From a bacterium (GTDB taxonomy: Bacteria; SAR324; XYD2-FULL-50-16), in assembly GCA_032250835.1 (NCBI GenBank), contig JAVVEA010000004.1:96001-160000 (forward strand): DNA of 64,000 bases. Reading direction: 5' to 3'. The translations under genes and the position numbers were made by a program. This document shows, one piece after another, positions 1 to 10,480 of this stretch (within the stretch, counting starts at the first letter, position 1; every line of letters begins with the position of its first letter). The notes under the pieces are model-generated. The model worked only from the letters and a program-made list of their open reading frames with translations. It was not told where the DNA came from and made no database searches.

Positions 1-2
1 GT

Positions 3-3000
3 GAACTCAGTGCCCTGTCCTAGTTGGCTTTTTACCTCTATTTTGCCGGAATGGCCTTTGACGATGTTGTAGGTCACCGAAAGTCCCAGCCCGGTGCCCC
101 GGCCCACGTCTTTGGTGGTGAAAAAGGGCTCGAAGAGCTTGGGCAAATGCTCGGGCTTAATCCCCGCTCCCGTATCGGCAACCCGGATGCGGACCTCACC
201 GCCCGAGCTTTCGGTGGTTAGGGTAATTTTTCCTTGGGTTTCAATGGCCTGAGCGGCGTTGATGATCAGGTTCAAGAAGACCTGATTGATCTGTTGGGGG
301 TAACACTCCACCAGGGGTAAGGGGTGGAAGGCTTCGATCACCTCACATTTGTATTTAAGCTCGTTCCAAGCCAGCTGCACGGCCTTGCGTAAAGACTCAT
401 TTAAGTCCGTCGGGGTCATCTGGTCTTGGTCGGTATGGGCAAATTCTTTGAGGTTGCGCACAATCGCCTTGACCCGCTCGGTGCCCTCAATGGTGTCTTG
501 AAGCAGTTGGGGGGAATCTTGGAGTATATAAGGCAGTTCCAATTCTTCTTTTAAAGCCTCAAGGCGTTCTCTTAAGCTGGGACTCAACTCCACCTGTTCT
601 TCTAACTCAGCGTAAAAGGCCAACATCCGGTGGTAGGCCGTTAGGTATTCGGCCAGGGAATTTAGGTTGGAATTAACATAGCCGATGGGGTTGTTGATTT
701 CATGGGCGACACCTCCCGATAGGGTGCCTAGGGCTTCCATCTTCTGGGACTGGACCAACTGAGCTTGTACCAGCCGGTCTTGGGTGACGTCGGCGCAGAT
801 GAAAACGATCGAGGCCAATCCGCCCTCAGGGGCCCGGACCGGGGAGATGGTCGCTTCGTAGTAGACAAAGCCACGCTCCGGATCGGGGCGCGAAAGTTCG
901 CCCCTCCAATCGGCAAAATCCGAGAGGGACTGGCAGATTTCTTGGTAGATGGGCTCGCTCTGTTCCTCACAGGCGAGCTTGCCCGAGACGAAGAGTGCTT
1001 GGGGAAACACCTGGGGGTCTAAGGAAAAGGCGGGGTTTTGGTAGAGCAATTTGCCTTGGGGGTCGGTGATGAAGACCATGTCGTCTACTTGATCGATGGC
1101 GGTGCGCAGCCTCCGTTGGCTTTCTTCGGCTTGGCGGCGTGAACTGATGTCGCGCAAAATGCCCGAATAAAACCGGTGCCCACGCATTTCCCAGGAGGCC
1201 AAGGATAGTTCCCCAGGAAAATCGCTGCCTTCTTTGCGCCGGCCCAATACCTCGTCTACCTGCCTTAATCCCTGTAGGCTACGCCGCTGAGCCGCGGTTT
1301 TTAGGGCCTCTAGGTCATTGACACTGCGGTTGGGCGGGAGGGCCTCTTCGATGCTGCGCCCGATCATTTCTTCTGCGGTATAGCCAAACAGCAACTCGGC
1401 CCCTCGGTTCCAAAAGACCAAGCGCCCCTGCTCGTTGAAGGTCAAGATGGCGTCCATCGAGGCCTGCAATAGGGTGCGTAACTGCTCTTCGGAGTATTGG
1501 AGCGCCTCGGTGGTGCGTCTTTGGTCGGTGATGTCCTGGCCGCTGGCTAAAATCATCCTCGGTTGTCCTGAGGAGTCGAATAACACGCTATTGTGCCAAG
1601 AGATCAACCGTTCGGTTCCGTCGCTGCGGACAATCTTATTTTCGGCGTAGGTCCTTTTCTGGTATTGGTTCTTTAGTAACTTCTCGAAGATATTAGAGAC
1701 CTGCTCAACGGCGCTTTTGGGAACACAATGTTCCAGCCAAGAGCGCCCCAATAGTTCCTTTTCGGTCCAACCCAATATCTTGGTTCCGCTGCGGTTGATC
1801 ATGCGGATTCGGCCTTTTAGATCTAAAGAGACGATCATCACCTCGGCGATGTTGAGATATTCTTGGGCGAGGTTTCGCTGATCGGTCAGTTGGTCTTCGG
1901 CGGCCCGGTGGGCTTCGATCTCGTTGAGCAGGTGGCGGTTGGTGGTGCGTAGGGCTTCGGTGCGCCGGTCGACCTCGGCTTCTAGGCGGTCGGTAGCCTG
2001 TTGGATACGTTCCGTCATTTTGTTAAACCCCTGGGCCAAGAGGGCAAACTCATCTTTACCATGGACCGGAATGGGCCGGGGCTGGTCGCCCTGAGCTAGG
2101 TCTTCCATGGCCTCTTTCAGCTGGTTTACGGGCTTAAAGAGGTAGCGGCTCAGCCACAGGGCCAGCAATACCGAAAGGCCCACTTGAAAGACCAGTAAGC
2201 TCCAATAGAGTCCCCGCAATTGGAAAAGGTTATCCAGCGCCAAGGATTCCTGCAGCCCGATCAATAGAACCCATTGGGCCCTTTGTGCCTGCCCTTCTTT
2301 TAAGGTGACGAACTCGATTGGGAAGTGCGCATGGGCCACCATAAAGATTTCGCCTCCGAAACTTTGCCGGGTCCATTCGCCGCTGAGGCCCCATAGATCC
2401 AACGGCCCGGTCCAATGATCCATCTGCTGCTCAAAGGACGCTGAAGGCGAGAATAACTTGCCCGTTAGGCTCGAAAGGATGGCCCGCTCACTTTGAGATG
2501 CCTTAGGGATCTGGTTTAAAATTTGGGCTAAAAAACCTCGGTCAAGGACCACCAACAAGGTACCCATCAGATGGCCCTGACGCCAAATCGGCACCGACAA
2601 ACCGATGCCCTGGTCATCGACGTTTTTTTGATTACTACGGTCGCTGTAGACTGTTTCTCCCTGACCTTTTGCGGTGGTTTCACGCCACCAGACTTGGTCG
2701 TTGTAAAGAAAATGCGGCACCCGGGCGGAAGCGGCGAGCAAGCGGCCTTGGCGGTCTGTAAGGTAAATAGAGGCAATTTGTTGGTCATGGATGGCCACAT
2801 ATTCACGCAGATTTCGAGAAACTGGGTGGTCGAAGATTTGGTCAGCCCACTGGCTGTTCCCGCCGGATTTTTCCCAGTCTGCTTCGCGCTGTTGGTCCTT
2901 GGGGCCCAGCGGGAGGCTTGGCTGGACATATAGGGAATTAAAATAGGGAGAATCGGCGAGGCGGCTGGTTTCCAGGGCAAACTGGTTGATCCGAGCCGCC

Positions 3001-3158
3001 AGTTGCCCGACCAAAGATTGGGCTTGGGCAGCCATACCCCGGCCCACGAAGTTACGCTGGCTTTCGACGGTCCGCTCGAAGGATTGGTAAGAAAACAGCA
3101 GCAGCGGACCGGTGGCTAATAAAAGTAAACTCAAAAAGAATTTCAGACGTAAGGACAT
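3..3158 (-). CDS. Membrane sensor histidine kinase (HAMP + multiple PAS + HisKA/HATPase), runs off the left edge
   Basis: Absent from the ORF track. Manual translation from ATG 3158 gives MSLRLKFFLSLLLLATG. H-box GGVAHEINNPIGYV and ATP-lid LFEPFFTTKDVGRGTGLGLS...GQGTEF are present, and the end of the window is in frame with the ATG. Confidence 0.9.
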   Translation of the reverse strand, partial: MSLRLKFFLSLLLLATGPLLLFSYQSFERTVESQRNFVGRGMAAQAQSLVGQLAARINQFALETSRLADSPYFNSLYVQPSLPLGPKDQQREADWEKSGGNSQWADQIFDHPVSRNLREYVAIHDQQIASIYLTDRQGRLLAASARVPHFLYNDQVWWRETTAKGQGETVYSDRSNQKNVDDQGIGLSVPIWRQGHLMGTLLVVLDRGFLAQILNQIPKASQSERAILSSLTGKLFSPSASFEQQMDHWTGPLDLWGLSGEWTRQSFGGEIFMVAHAHFPIEFVTLKEGQAQRAQWVLLIGLQESLALDNLFQLRGLYWSLLVFQVGLSVLLALWLSRYLFKPVNQLKEAMEDLAQGDQPRPIPVHGKDEFALLAQGFNKMTERIQQATDRLEAEVDRRTEALRTTNRHLLNEIEAHRAAEDQLTDQRNLAQEYLNIAEVMIVSLDLKGRIRMINRSGTKILGWTEKELLGRSWLEHCVPKSAVEQVSNIFEKLLKNQYQKRTYAENKIVRSDGTERLISWHNSVLFDSSGQPRMILASGQDITDQRRTTEALQYSEEQLRTLLQASMDAILTFNEQGRLVFWNRGAELLFGYTAEEMIGRSIEEALPPNRSVNDLEALKTAAQRRSLQGLRQVDEVLGRRKEGSDFPGELSLASWEMRGHRFYSGILRDISSRRQAEESQRRLRTAIDQVDDMVFITDPQGKLLYQNPAFSLDPQVFPQALFVSGKLACEEQSEPIYQEICQSLSDFADWRGELSRPDPERGFVYYEATISPVRAPEGGLASIVFICADVTQDRLVQAQLVQSQKMEALGTLSGGVAHEINNPIGYVNSNLNSLAEYLTAYHRMLAFYAELEEQVELSPSLRERLEALKEELELPYILQDSPQLLQDTIEGTERVKAIVRNLKEFAHTDQDQMTPTDLNESLRKAVQLAWNELKYKCEVIEAFHPLPLVECYPQQINQVFLNLIINAAQAIETQGKITLTTESSGGEVRIRVADTGAGIKPEHLPKLFEPFFTTKDVGRGTGLGLSVTYNIVKGHSGKIEVKSQLGQGTEF

Positions 3159-3240
3159 GCAGAAACCTGGGGCTATTTTACTTCAGGGCATTTTACCCTT
3201 CCAAGGTCGCTGTGACCAGAAGGTTTTTTTTGGTTCCTTT

Positions 3241-4497
3241 TTAAAGAACGCCGACCCATTCTTCTAGGTCCGTTAACGACTTGAGGTAGGCGGCTTGCGC
3301 CTTGAGGTAGCGTACTTCAAGGTCCAGGAGTTGGGCCTTGGACATCAACACCTTGCCGATGTTTTTTTGCCCGGCACTGTACAGCCGCTCATTGAGGCTC
3401 CCGGCGCGCCGCGCCGGAGGTAAGATTTTCTCTTCAAACAGCTTGATCATGCGTTGGGCATTGACCACGTGGTTGTAGTGTTGGGCCACCTGCTCGCGTA
3501 CCTGTTGGGCCATCTCTTCATATTCCGAGGCGCTCCGTTCTTGGGCAAATTGGGCTGCTTTAAAACGGCCTTGGTTTTTACCTGAACCCCAAGGGAGGCT
3601 GATCCCCAGACTTAAGTTGTAGGCGTCTTTGCCCGAGTCGGCCAAGCTGGCATTGGCGCTGGGGCCGATCTGGAAGTAGTTGATCCCGAGTTCAAGCGCC
3701 GGAGCGTTGGCTTTAGAGCCTTCGAGTTGAGCCTTTAATCGGTCTGCCTGCGCTTGGGCTTGTAAGGCGAGAAGGCCGGGGTATTGGGCTAAGGCCCGGT
3801 CGATGAGCGGCTCTAAGGGGCGCTCAAAGTGGGGCAGCGGGGGGGCGGCGACTTGTTCCACCAAAGGCTCACCGCCGCGTCCTAGCAGGTGGTTGAGGCG
3901 TACCTGGGCGTCGGTTAAGCGGTCTTGCATCTCCAGTAATTGATAGGCGCTCTCCCCGGCACGCGCCTGGGCTTCAAAGATGCTGTCTAAAAGGTTTTGG
4001 TTGCGTTGGCTTTCGATGCTGCCCATTTGGACGAGCCGCTCGATCACCTCCTGGATTTCACCGAGCAACTCAGGCATGGCCGCAAACTGCCAGAGGTCAT
4101 AGTAGGTGGCCTTGACATCCCGGCGGATTTTCCGCTCGACCACCTTAAGGCGGTACTCCGCCGCCTGGGCCTCCAATTGGGCCGCATCCTCGGCTTTGCT
4201 GGTCCAGCCGGGGAAAGGGAGCTTCTGGCTGATGCTGATGATCCGGTCCTGGGGCCCCAGGCGAGTTTCTATCGGTTCGATGAACTGTTGGACCTTAAGC
4301 TGGGTGGGCTCCCAGCCCTGGGCTTCTTGCACCTTGGCTTGGCTCGCCCCCAAGGCGGCTTGGGCCGCCACGAGGCGCGGGTTTTGGCGCTCTGCGACTT
4401 CCAGTAACTGGTCCAAGCCCACCCCCCTTTGGGGGAGCGGAGCCGCCCAGAGCAGGGGGACCCAGAGCAAAAAAAGGCAGCTAAATACAGCTTTCAT
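3241..4497 (-). CDS. TolC/CusC-family outer membrane efflux protein
   Basis: Signal peptide, OEP-like coiled-coil repeats (ISQKLPFPG, LGISLPW); last gene of the RND operon. Confidence 0.88.
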   Translation of the reverse strand: MKAVFSCLFLLWVPLLWAAPLPQRGVGLDQLLEVAERQNPRLVAAQAALGASQAKVQEAQGWEPTQLKVQQFIEPIETRLGPQDRIISISQKLPFPGWTSKAEDAAQLEAQAAEYRLKVVERKIRRDVKATYYDLWQFAAMPELLGEIQEVIERLVQMGSIESQRNQNLLDSIFEAQARAGESAYQLLEMQDRLTDAQVRLNHLLGRGGEPLVEQVAAPPLPHFERPLEPLIDRALAQYPGLLALQAQAQADRLKAQLEGSKANAPALELGINYFQIGPSANASLADSGKDAYNLSLGISLPWGSGKNQGRFKAAQFAQERSASEYEEMAQQVREQVAQHYNHVVNAQRMIKLFEEKILPPARRAGSLNERLYSAGQKNIGKVLMSKAQLLDLEVRYLKAQAAYLKSLTDLEEWVGVL

Positions 4498-4500
4498 GGT

Positions 4501-4971
4501 CTATTTGGTGATGAACTTGAGGGTGGCTACGTCTTTGACCCCGCCCAAGTCGATATGTAAATCCAATTTCCAATAGCCGTCCATCTGTACCGGGAAGTTG
4601 AACCGGAACTTACCGTCTCCTAAAGCCTCTACCTGGACCTCGGGCAGTTGCATTTCCATGCCCGGCATGTGGTAGCTGGCCGAAGTGATGGTGGCCGCAC
4701 TGGCCGGGGTGTTGTCGCGGGCCACAACGGTGATTTCGAAACTAGCCATGCCCTTGCCGGTGGGCACCAGCGGGGCAAGGACCTTAAATTGGCGGCGCTT
4801 GGACCAATATTCGGTCTTTTTGAAGGGGCCCAGCGGGGCCTTGCCTAGTTTTTGGCTCATTTGGCTGTTCCCGGAATGATCCATGCCTTCCATACCGGCC
4901 ATGCCTTGGGCGAAGGCGGTTGGAGCTAGGCCCAAGAAGGTGAAACAAAGGGCTAAGGTTAAAGTTTTCAA
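4501..4971 (-). CDS. Periplasmic YtkA/FixH-like Met/His-rich protein
   Basis: Signal peptide, MAGMEGMDH, HMPGMEM and MDGYWKL motifs; TTG start overlaps the cusA stop. Confidence 0.7.
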   Translation of the reverse strand: MKTLTLALCFTFLGLAPTAFAQGMAGMEGMDHSGNSQMSQKLGKAPLGPFKKTEYWSKRRQFKVLAPLVPTGKGMASFEITVVARDNTPASAATITSASYHMPGMEMQLPEVQVEALGDGKFRFNFPVQMDGYWKLDLHIDLGGVKDVATLKFITK

Positions 4972-7900
4972 GCTTCCTCCTGTGTTGATGGGGCTACGGT
5001 GAAGTTGCGACCGCGCCAGATTGAATAAATTACCGGATAAACTAACAATTCAAGGACCACCGAAGTGGCGATCCCCCCGACCATGGGCGCGGCGATGCGC
5101 TTCATGATTCCCGCCCCGGCCCCGGTAGACCAAAGGATTGGGAGTAAACCAAGCCACGTGGAAGCGGCGGTCATCAGCTTGGGCCGGATCCGCCCCGCCG
5201 CACCTTCGACCAAGGCTTCGACAAAGTCCTGGGGCGTCTTCAAGCGGCCTTCGGCAGCCCAGCGGCGGTGGCTCAGCTTTAAGTAAAGTAACATCACCAC
5301 CCCGGTCTCGGCGTCCAAACCCGCCAAGGCGATGATCCCCACCCAGACGGCCACCGAAAGGTGGTAGTCTAACACCCAAAGCAGGCCGAAGGCCCCGATC
5401 AAGCTGAAGGGGACCGCCATCAGGACGATCACGGTCTCGGCGACGCTACGAGTGTTAAGATAAATCAACAGGACCACCAGGGCCAACGTCAAGGGCACCA
5501 AGGTGGCTAGGGTCTTTGCGGCCCGCTGCAAATGCTCGTACTGACCGGCCCAGGCCAAACTCACCCCGACCGGCAAGGGGACTTCGTTGGCGATCCGCTC
5601 TTTGGCTGCGGCAACATAGTCTCCCAAATTGGTTTTGTTTTGGTCGATGTCCACAAAAACAAAGCTCGCCAGCCTTCCGTTTTCGTCGCGGATCATCGGC
5701 GGGCCAGTGCGGACAAAGATTTTTGCCAGTTGGGCGATGGGGATGTGGGCCCCTTTGGGGGTGGGGATCAGGATTTTTTCAAGTTCCTCGATGCTGCTGC
5801 GGAAGTCGCGGGCATAGCGCACTTGGATCGGGTAACGTTCTCGGCCCTCGACGGCGATGGAGACGTTTTTTCCGCCTACCGCTACGGCCAAACTGGTGAG
5901 GATTTTTTCGGCACTGAGGCCATAACGCGCCGCCTTTTGGCGGTCGATCTCGAAATCAATGAAGTGGCCGCCGGTGCTACGTTCGGCGAAGGCGCTACGG
6001 GTGCCCGGCAAGTCTTCTAAGGTCTTTTCAATGGCCTTGCCGACCGCCTCCACCTGAGCCAAGTCGGCCCCTAAAACCTTGATGCCCACCGCCGAACGGA
6101 TGCCGGTAGCCAACATTTCGGTCCGGGTTTGGATCGGCATCCACCAAATATTCGGCATGCCGGGAATCTGGACCTTGCGGTCTAATTCTTGGGTTAGTTT
6201 GTCTAGGTCGTAGCCTTGACGCCATTGCGACTTGGGTTTAAAAGACACCACCGCTTCGATCATCGAGAGCGGGGCCGGATCGGTGGCCGACTCGGAGCGG
6301 CCAATTTTGGTGAAAACATGATCCACCTCGGGCACTTCCTTGATCTCGCGCCCCACCCGGTGGGCGATGTCCACCGCCTCGCCGATGCTGATGCCCGGAA
6401 CCGCCGTGGGCATGTAAAGTAGGGTTCCCTCATTGAGCGGAGGCATGAATTCACTGCCCAAATGGGTGGCCAAGGGCCAGATGCTCACTACGCCCAGGAG
6501 TGCCAAAATCAACACCCTTTTGGGCCGCTTTAAGACCCAGCGAACCAAGGGCGCATAAAAGGCAATCAAGGCGCGGCTGATGGGGTGTTTCTCTTCGGGT
6601 AACGCCTTGCCCCGCATCAGCAGGACGGCCAAAGCGGGGGTCAGGGTGATGGCCAGAATCGCCGCTGCGGCCATACTGAAGGTTTTGGTCCAGGCCAGGG
6701 GCTTAAAGAGTTTCCCTTCCTGGCCGGTCAAAGCAAAGATGGGCATGAAGCTGACGGTGATCACCAAAAGCGCGAAGAACAGGGGGCGCCCCATTTCGGC
6801 CATGGCCTTGGCGATCACCTCGGTGCGGGGGCCCGGTCTCCCTTCGTCCTCCCAACGTTCTAAGTGTTTGTGGGCGTTCTCCACCAAAATAATGCTGGCG
6901 TCTACCATTGCCCCGATGGCGATGGCGATGCCCGAAAGGGACATAATGTTGGCGGTCAGGCCGCTGTAACCAAAGGGGATGAAGCTGATCAATACCGCCA
7001 AGGGTAAGGGGATGATGGCGATCACGCTGCCCCGGATGTTCCATAAGAAGATCGAAACCACCAAGGCTACGAAGATCACTTCTTCGGACAACTTGTTGAT
7101 CAAATGATCTACCGCCTCATTGATCAAAATGCTGCGGTCGTAGACCGGAACGATCTCAACCCCTTCGGGAAGGGCTCGCTGCAGTTCCTTGAGCCGCAGT
7201 TTAACGCGGTCGATCACTTCCTTGGCGTTGCCGCCCCAGCGCATCACCACAATCCCCCCGACAGTCTCCCCTTCTCCGTCCAGGTCGGCGGCTCCGCGTC
7301 TCATTTCTGAGCCAATGGTGACATGGCCTAGTTGCCGCACAAAGACCGGGGTGCCTTGGAATTCCGCGACTGGTACCAGTTCCAAATCTTCGGGGCTTTG
7401 GATGTAGCCCCGACCGCGGATGAAATGCTCGGCGCCGCTTATTTCTAAGACCCGTCCACCTACGTCTAGGTTGGACTTGCGGACCGCGTTGACCACCTGT
7501 TCGATGCTGATGTCGTAGGCCCGCAGCCGGTTGGGGTCTAGCTGGACTTGGTATTGCTTCACAAAGCCGCCCACTGAGGCGACCTCGGCCACGCCGGGCA
7601 CGGACTTGAGCTCAAAGGCCAAGACCCAGTCTTGCAGCGAGCGCAGATCAGCCAAGCTGCGTTTGCCGCTGCGGTCTCTTAGGGCATATTGGTAGACCCA
7701 GCCGACCCCGGTGGCGTCGGGGCCTAATTCGGGCGAGACACCGGGGGGAATCTTTTGGGCGATACCCGAAAGGTATTCCACCACCCGCGAGCGGGCCCAG
7801 TAGAGGTCCGTCCCTTCTTCAAAAATCACGTTCACGAAGCTGAGCCCAAAAAAGCTTTGACCCCGCACGTATCGGACTTTGGGTGCCCCTAATAAAGAGG

Positions 7901-8111
7901 TGACAATCGGGTAGGTGACTTGGTCTTCGACCAAGTCGGGGCTCTGGCCGGGCCAGTCGGTGTAGACGATAACCTGCACGTCCGAAAGGTCGGGGATGGC
8001 GTCTAAGGGCACCTCATGCAGCGACTTGAGGCCCCAAAGCCCCATGCCTAGGGACATGACCAATACCATTGCCCAGTTTTTGACGCACCAGCGGATGATT
8101 TGCTCGATCAT
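4968..8111 (-). CDS. cusA: CusA/SilA-type heavy-metal RND efflux permease
   Basis: LDAIPDLSDVQVI, EDQVTYP, LGPDATGVGW, GSEFMPPLNEG, RIRPKLMT motifs; 1047 aa. Confidence 0.95.
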   Translation of the reverse strand: MIEQIIRWCVKNWAMVLVMSLGMGLWGLKSLHEVPLDAIPDLSDVQVIVYTDWPGQSPDLVEDQVTYPIVTSLLGAPKVRYVRGQSFFGLSFVNVIFEEGTDLYWARSRVVEYLSGIAQKIPPGVSPELGPDATGVGWVYQYALRDRSGKRSLADLRSLQDWVLAFELKSVPGVAEVASVGGFVKQYQVQLDPNRLRAYDISIEQVVNAVRKSNLDVGGRVLEISGAEHFIRGRGYIQSPEDLELVPVAEFQGTPVFVRQLGHVTIGSEMRRGAADLDGEGETVGGIVVMRWGGNAKEVIDRVKLRLKELQRALPEGVEIVPVYDRSILINEAVDHLINKLSEEVIFVALVVSIFLWNIRGSVIAIIPLPLAVLISFIPFGYSGLTANIMSLSGIAIAIGAMVDASIILVENAHKHLERWEDEGRPGPRTEVIAKAMAEMGRPLFFALLVITVSFMPIFALTGQEGKLFKPLAWTKTFSMAAAAILAITLTPALAVLLMRGKALPEEKHPISRALIAFYAPLVRWVLKRPKRVLILALLGVVSIWPLATHLGSEFMPPLNEGTLLYMPTAVPGISIGEAVDIAHRVGREIKEVPEVDHVFTKIGRSESATDPAPLSMIEAVVSFKPKSQWRQGYDLDKLTQELDRKVQIPGMPNIWWMPIQTRTEMLATGIRSAVGIKVLGADLAQVEAVGKAIEKTLEDLPGTRSAFAERSTGGHFIDFEIDRQKAARYGLSAEKILTSLAVAVGGKNVSIAVEGRERYPIQVRYARDFRSSIEELEKILIPTPKGAHIPIAQLAKIFVRTGPPMIRDENGRLASFVFVDIDQNKTNLGDYVAAAKERIANEVPLPVGVSLAWAGQYEHLQRAAKTLATLVPLTLALVVLLIYLNTRSVAETVIVLMAVPFSLIGAFGLLWVLDYHLSVAVWVGIIALAGLDAETGVVMLLYLKLSHRRWAAEGRLKTPQDFVEALVEGAAGRIRPKLMTAASTWLGLLPILWSTGAGAGIMKRIAAPMVGGIATSVVLELLVYPVIYSIWRGRNFTVAPSTQEEA

Positions 8112-9928
8112 TTAGACTCCTCTGGCTCACCAAAGCGGGGCAGCGCATTGCGGAGTTGGGCCTCAGAACTGATCAGGAAGTTGGCCGAGAAGCTGATCAT
8201 CTGACCGGCCTCTAAGCCTTTAGTGATCTCTACCCACTCCCCGTCGCTGACGCCGGTCTCTACCTCCTGGGGGATAAAATAGCCCTGGCCTTGGGTCTTA
8301 AAGACGTATTTATGTCGCCCCGAATACAGCACCGCGCGGCGCGGCACCGACAGGCGCATCCCCTGGTCACTGCGGATTTCCACGTCTGCAAACATGCCCG
8401 GCTTGAGCAGCAAATCTTCGTTGCCCACCTCGATGCGTAATTTTAGGGTGCGGGTGCGGGGGTCTAAGAAGGGGTAGAGGTAGTCCACCTTGCCTTCAAA
8501 GCGGTAGCCCGGCTGGTAAGGCAGGCTCAAAATCGCCCGGTCCCCGGCGTGGACCTCATAGGCCTCGTGTTCGAAGATTTCGGCGAGCGCCCAAAGCTGG
8601 GTTAGGTCCGCGATTTTAAAGAGCGGCTGGCCCTTTTTAGCAAAGGCCCCGTCCACCAGATTTTTCTTTAAGATAAAGCCCGTAAAGGGGCTGGTGATCA
8701 CCTGTGCCCTAGGCGGGCGTTGGCGTTTTTGTAGCTCCGCCATCTGTTCGGGGCTAAAGTCCCAGAGCTGTAGTTTCTCACGGGCCGAGCGGTAAAGGAC
8801 TTGGTCTGTTTTGCTGCTGCGGGAATCGCGGTGAAGTTGCAGGAAAATTTCCTGGGCCTCGAAGAGTTCGGGGCTGTAGATACTAAAGAGGGGGTCGCCT
8901 TTTTTGATGAACTCCCCTTCGCGGTTGGCGAAGAGTTTTTCCACGTCCCCTGAATACTTGAGCGAAACGTCGTAAACCTGGGTCTCGTCCAGTTCGATCC
9001 TGGCCACGCTGCTCAAGCCTTTGGAGAGGTGGCGTAGCTCCGCCTTGCCCAGCTCCACACCGATCATCATCATCCGCTTTTTGCCCAGGTAGACGTTGGG
9101 ACCCGCCGGGAGGTCCGGGGCGTTTTCGTCGGGGCCTTTATAAAGGATGTCCGGGTGGCCTACGCTGAGCGCAAAGGGAAACTCGGCCAGGGTCTTGCCC
9201 TTCTTTTGGATGCGGATCGGCAGTTCCCAACCGCCGCCCATACTGAGAATCACTTCGGCTTGGTACTTACCGCCGCCCAAGGATTCGGCTTGGGAGGTGG
9301 TGGACATGCGCGGCATGGTGCCCATCTCGGGCATAAAGGCCTCAATCTCAATTTGGGCCTGTTCTACGGGCTTACCGGCAGCATCGTTGAGGGTAAAGGT
9401 CAGTAGGTTTTCGCCCACTTGCGGCGGGTTGGGGTCAATGGCCAGGGCGTCAATCACCCATTCGCCGCGTTTATGGCCCTTGACTTGGGCTGGGGGCGCG
9501 CCTTCAGGTGCCCCTTTATAGTTCAAGCCCGGCGCGCCGACGCTGAGCGCGAAGGGAAATTCTTTCAGCGTCTTTCCCGCCTTTTGGATGCGGATCGGCA
9601 GTTCCCAACCACCGGCCATACCCAGGATCACCTCGGCCTGATATTGCCCAGAGCCTAAGGATTCGGCGGTGGACTTGGTGGACATGCGCGGCATGGTGCC
9701 CATTTCGGGCATAAAGGCTTCTACCTCGATTTCCGCTGACTCTATAGGTTGTCCCTGAACATTGCTCAGCTTAAAAGTCAGTAGGTTTTCCCCCACTTCG
9801 GGGGACCCGGGGTCTAGCTTGATTTGGGTGATTATATAGTCGCCTTGCCGGAAGCTCTCGGCGGCCAAGCCGACATTGGCAAAGAACCCCAATAAGATCA
9901 GGGTCCATCCAAGGGATTTTAACAACAT
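8108..9928 (-). CDS. cusB: CusB-type periplasmic adaptor with two tandem N-terminal YtkA/FixH-like domains
   Basis: C-terminal MFP (IYSPELFEAQE, YLYPFLDPRTRT, LKPGMFA); N-terminal duplicated AFMPEMGTMPRM...GGWELPIRI domain. Confidence 0.88.
   Translation of the reverse strand: MLLKSLGWTLILLGFFANVGLAAESFRQGDYIITQIKLDPGSPEVGENLLTFKLSNVQGQPIESAEIEVEAFMPEMGTMPRMSTKSTAESLGSGQYQAEVILGMAGGWELPIRIQKAGKTLKEFPFALSVGAPGLNYKGAPEGAPPAQVKGHKRGEWVIDALAIDPNPPQVGENLLTFTLNDAAGKPVEQAQIEIEAFMPEMGTMPRMSTTSQAESLGGGKYQAEVILSMGGGWELPIRIQKKGKTLAEFPFALSVGHPDILYKGPDENAPDLPAGPNVYLGKKRMMMIGVELGKAELRHLSKGLSSVARIELDETQVYDVSLKYSGDVEKLFANREGEFIKKGDPLFSIYSPELFEAQEIFLQLHRDSRSSKTDQVLYRSAREKLQLWDFSPEQMAELQKRQRPPRAQVITSPFTGFILKKNLVDGAFAKKGQPLFKIADLTQLWALAEIFEHEAYEVHAGDRAILSLPYQPGYRFEGKVDYLYPFLDPRTRTLKLRIEVGNEDLLLKPGMFADVEIRSDQGMRLSVPRRAVLYSGRHKYVFKTQGQGYFIPQEVETGVSDGEWVEITKGLEAGQMISFSANFLISSEAQLRNALPRFGEPEESK
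9162..9810. repeat. Intragenic direct repeat of the two YtkA-like domains (~9162-9430 and ~9540-9810, offset 378)
   Basis: Shared blocks such as ttttggatgcggatcggcagttcccaacc and gtggacatgcgcggcatggtgcccat. Confidence 0.85.
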
Positions 9929-10007
9929 GGATTAATACCTATCCGAACTATGAACCAACGCGCTAGCGGGCTTATCCCACTAGGCTGAAACGCCGATGGT
10001 GGACAGA

Positions 10008-10433
10008 CTAATTCAGCTGGACTTGCTTGAGCGAGACGGGGGTCTGGGCCGTAAGGGGCCGAGGCATTTCTTTGGGCTTTAAGCGGCGGGTCCAGAGCAC
10101 CCAAGTCATGGGCAAGCTGAACAGCAGGGGCCAAAAAGGAAGGCTTAGCAGAGATGGGTCGATCTTCAGCAGCGTCAAGGCCGGGGAAATTTGTAGGTCC
10201 ACGCAGCAGGGCAGGGCGCTGGAATCGCAGCAGTCCGGCAACGCCGCCGGGGTATGGCCATGCTCGTGGTCCATGGAATGCCCCAGGTGGACCATTGAAG
10301 GCGTAGGCGCAGACATCATGGCCTCATGTGCCGCAGCGCACTGCGCCGAGCCCAGCAACGCCATCGCCATCAAGGCAATCAGCGTATGCAACCAAAATGT
10401 AGGGACCTTAACCATCATCACGCACAACTCCAA
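10008..10433 (-). CDS. His/Cys-rich exported leader protein heading the cus operon
   Basis: Signal-like N-terminus, HLGHSMDHEHGH, DCC...PCC and a Pro-rich tail; true start may be a few codons downstream. Confidence 0.65.
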   Translation of the reverse strand: MELCVMMVKVPTFWLHTLIALMAMALLGSAQCAAAHEAMMSAPTPSMVHLGHSMDHEHGHTPAALPDCCDSSALPCCVDLQISPALTLLKIDPSLLSLPFWPLLFSLPMTWVLWTRRLKPKEMPRPLTAQTPVSLKQVQLN

Positions 10434-10480
10434 AGATTGGCTCTATTATCTACCCCCTTAGGGTAGAGGTCAACCGAAAT

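Noticed and set aside
24-2980. Short ORF-track ORFs at the left edge
   Set aside because: They are shadows of the long minus-strand histidine kinase.
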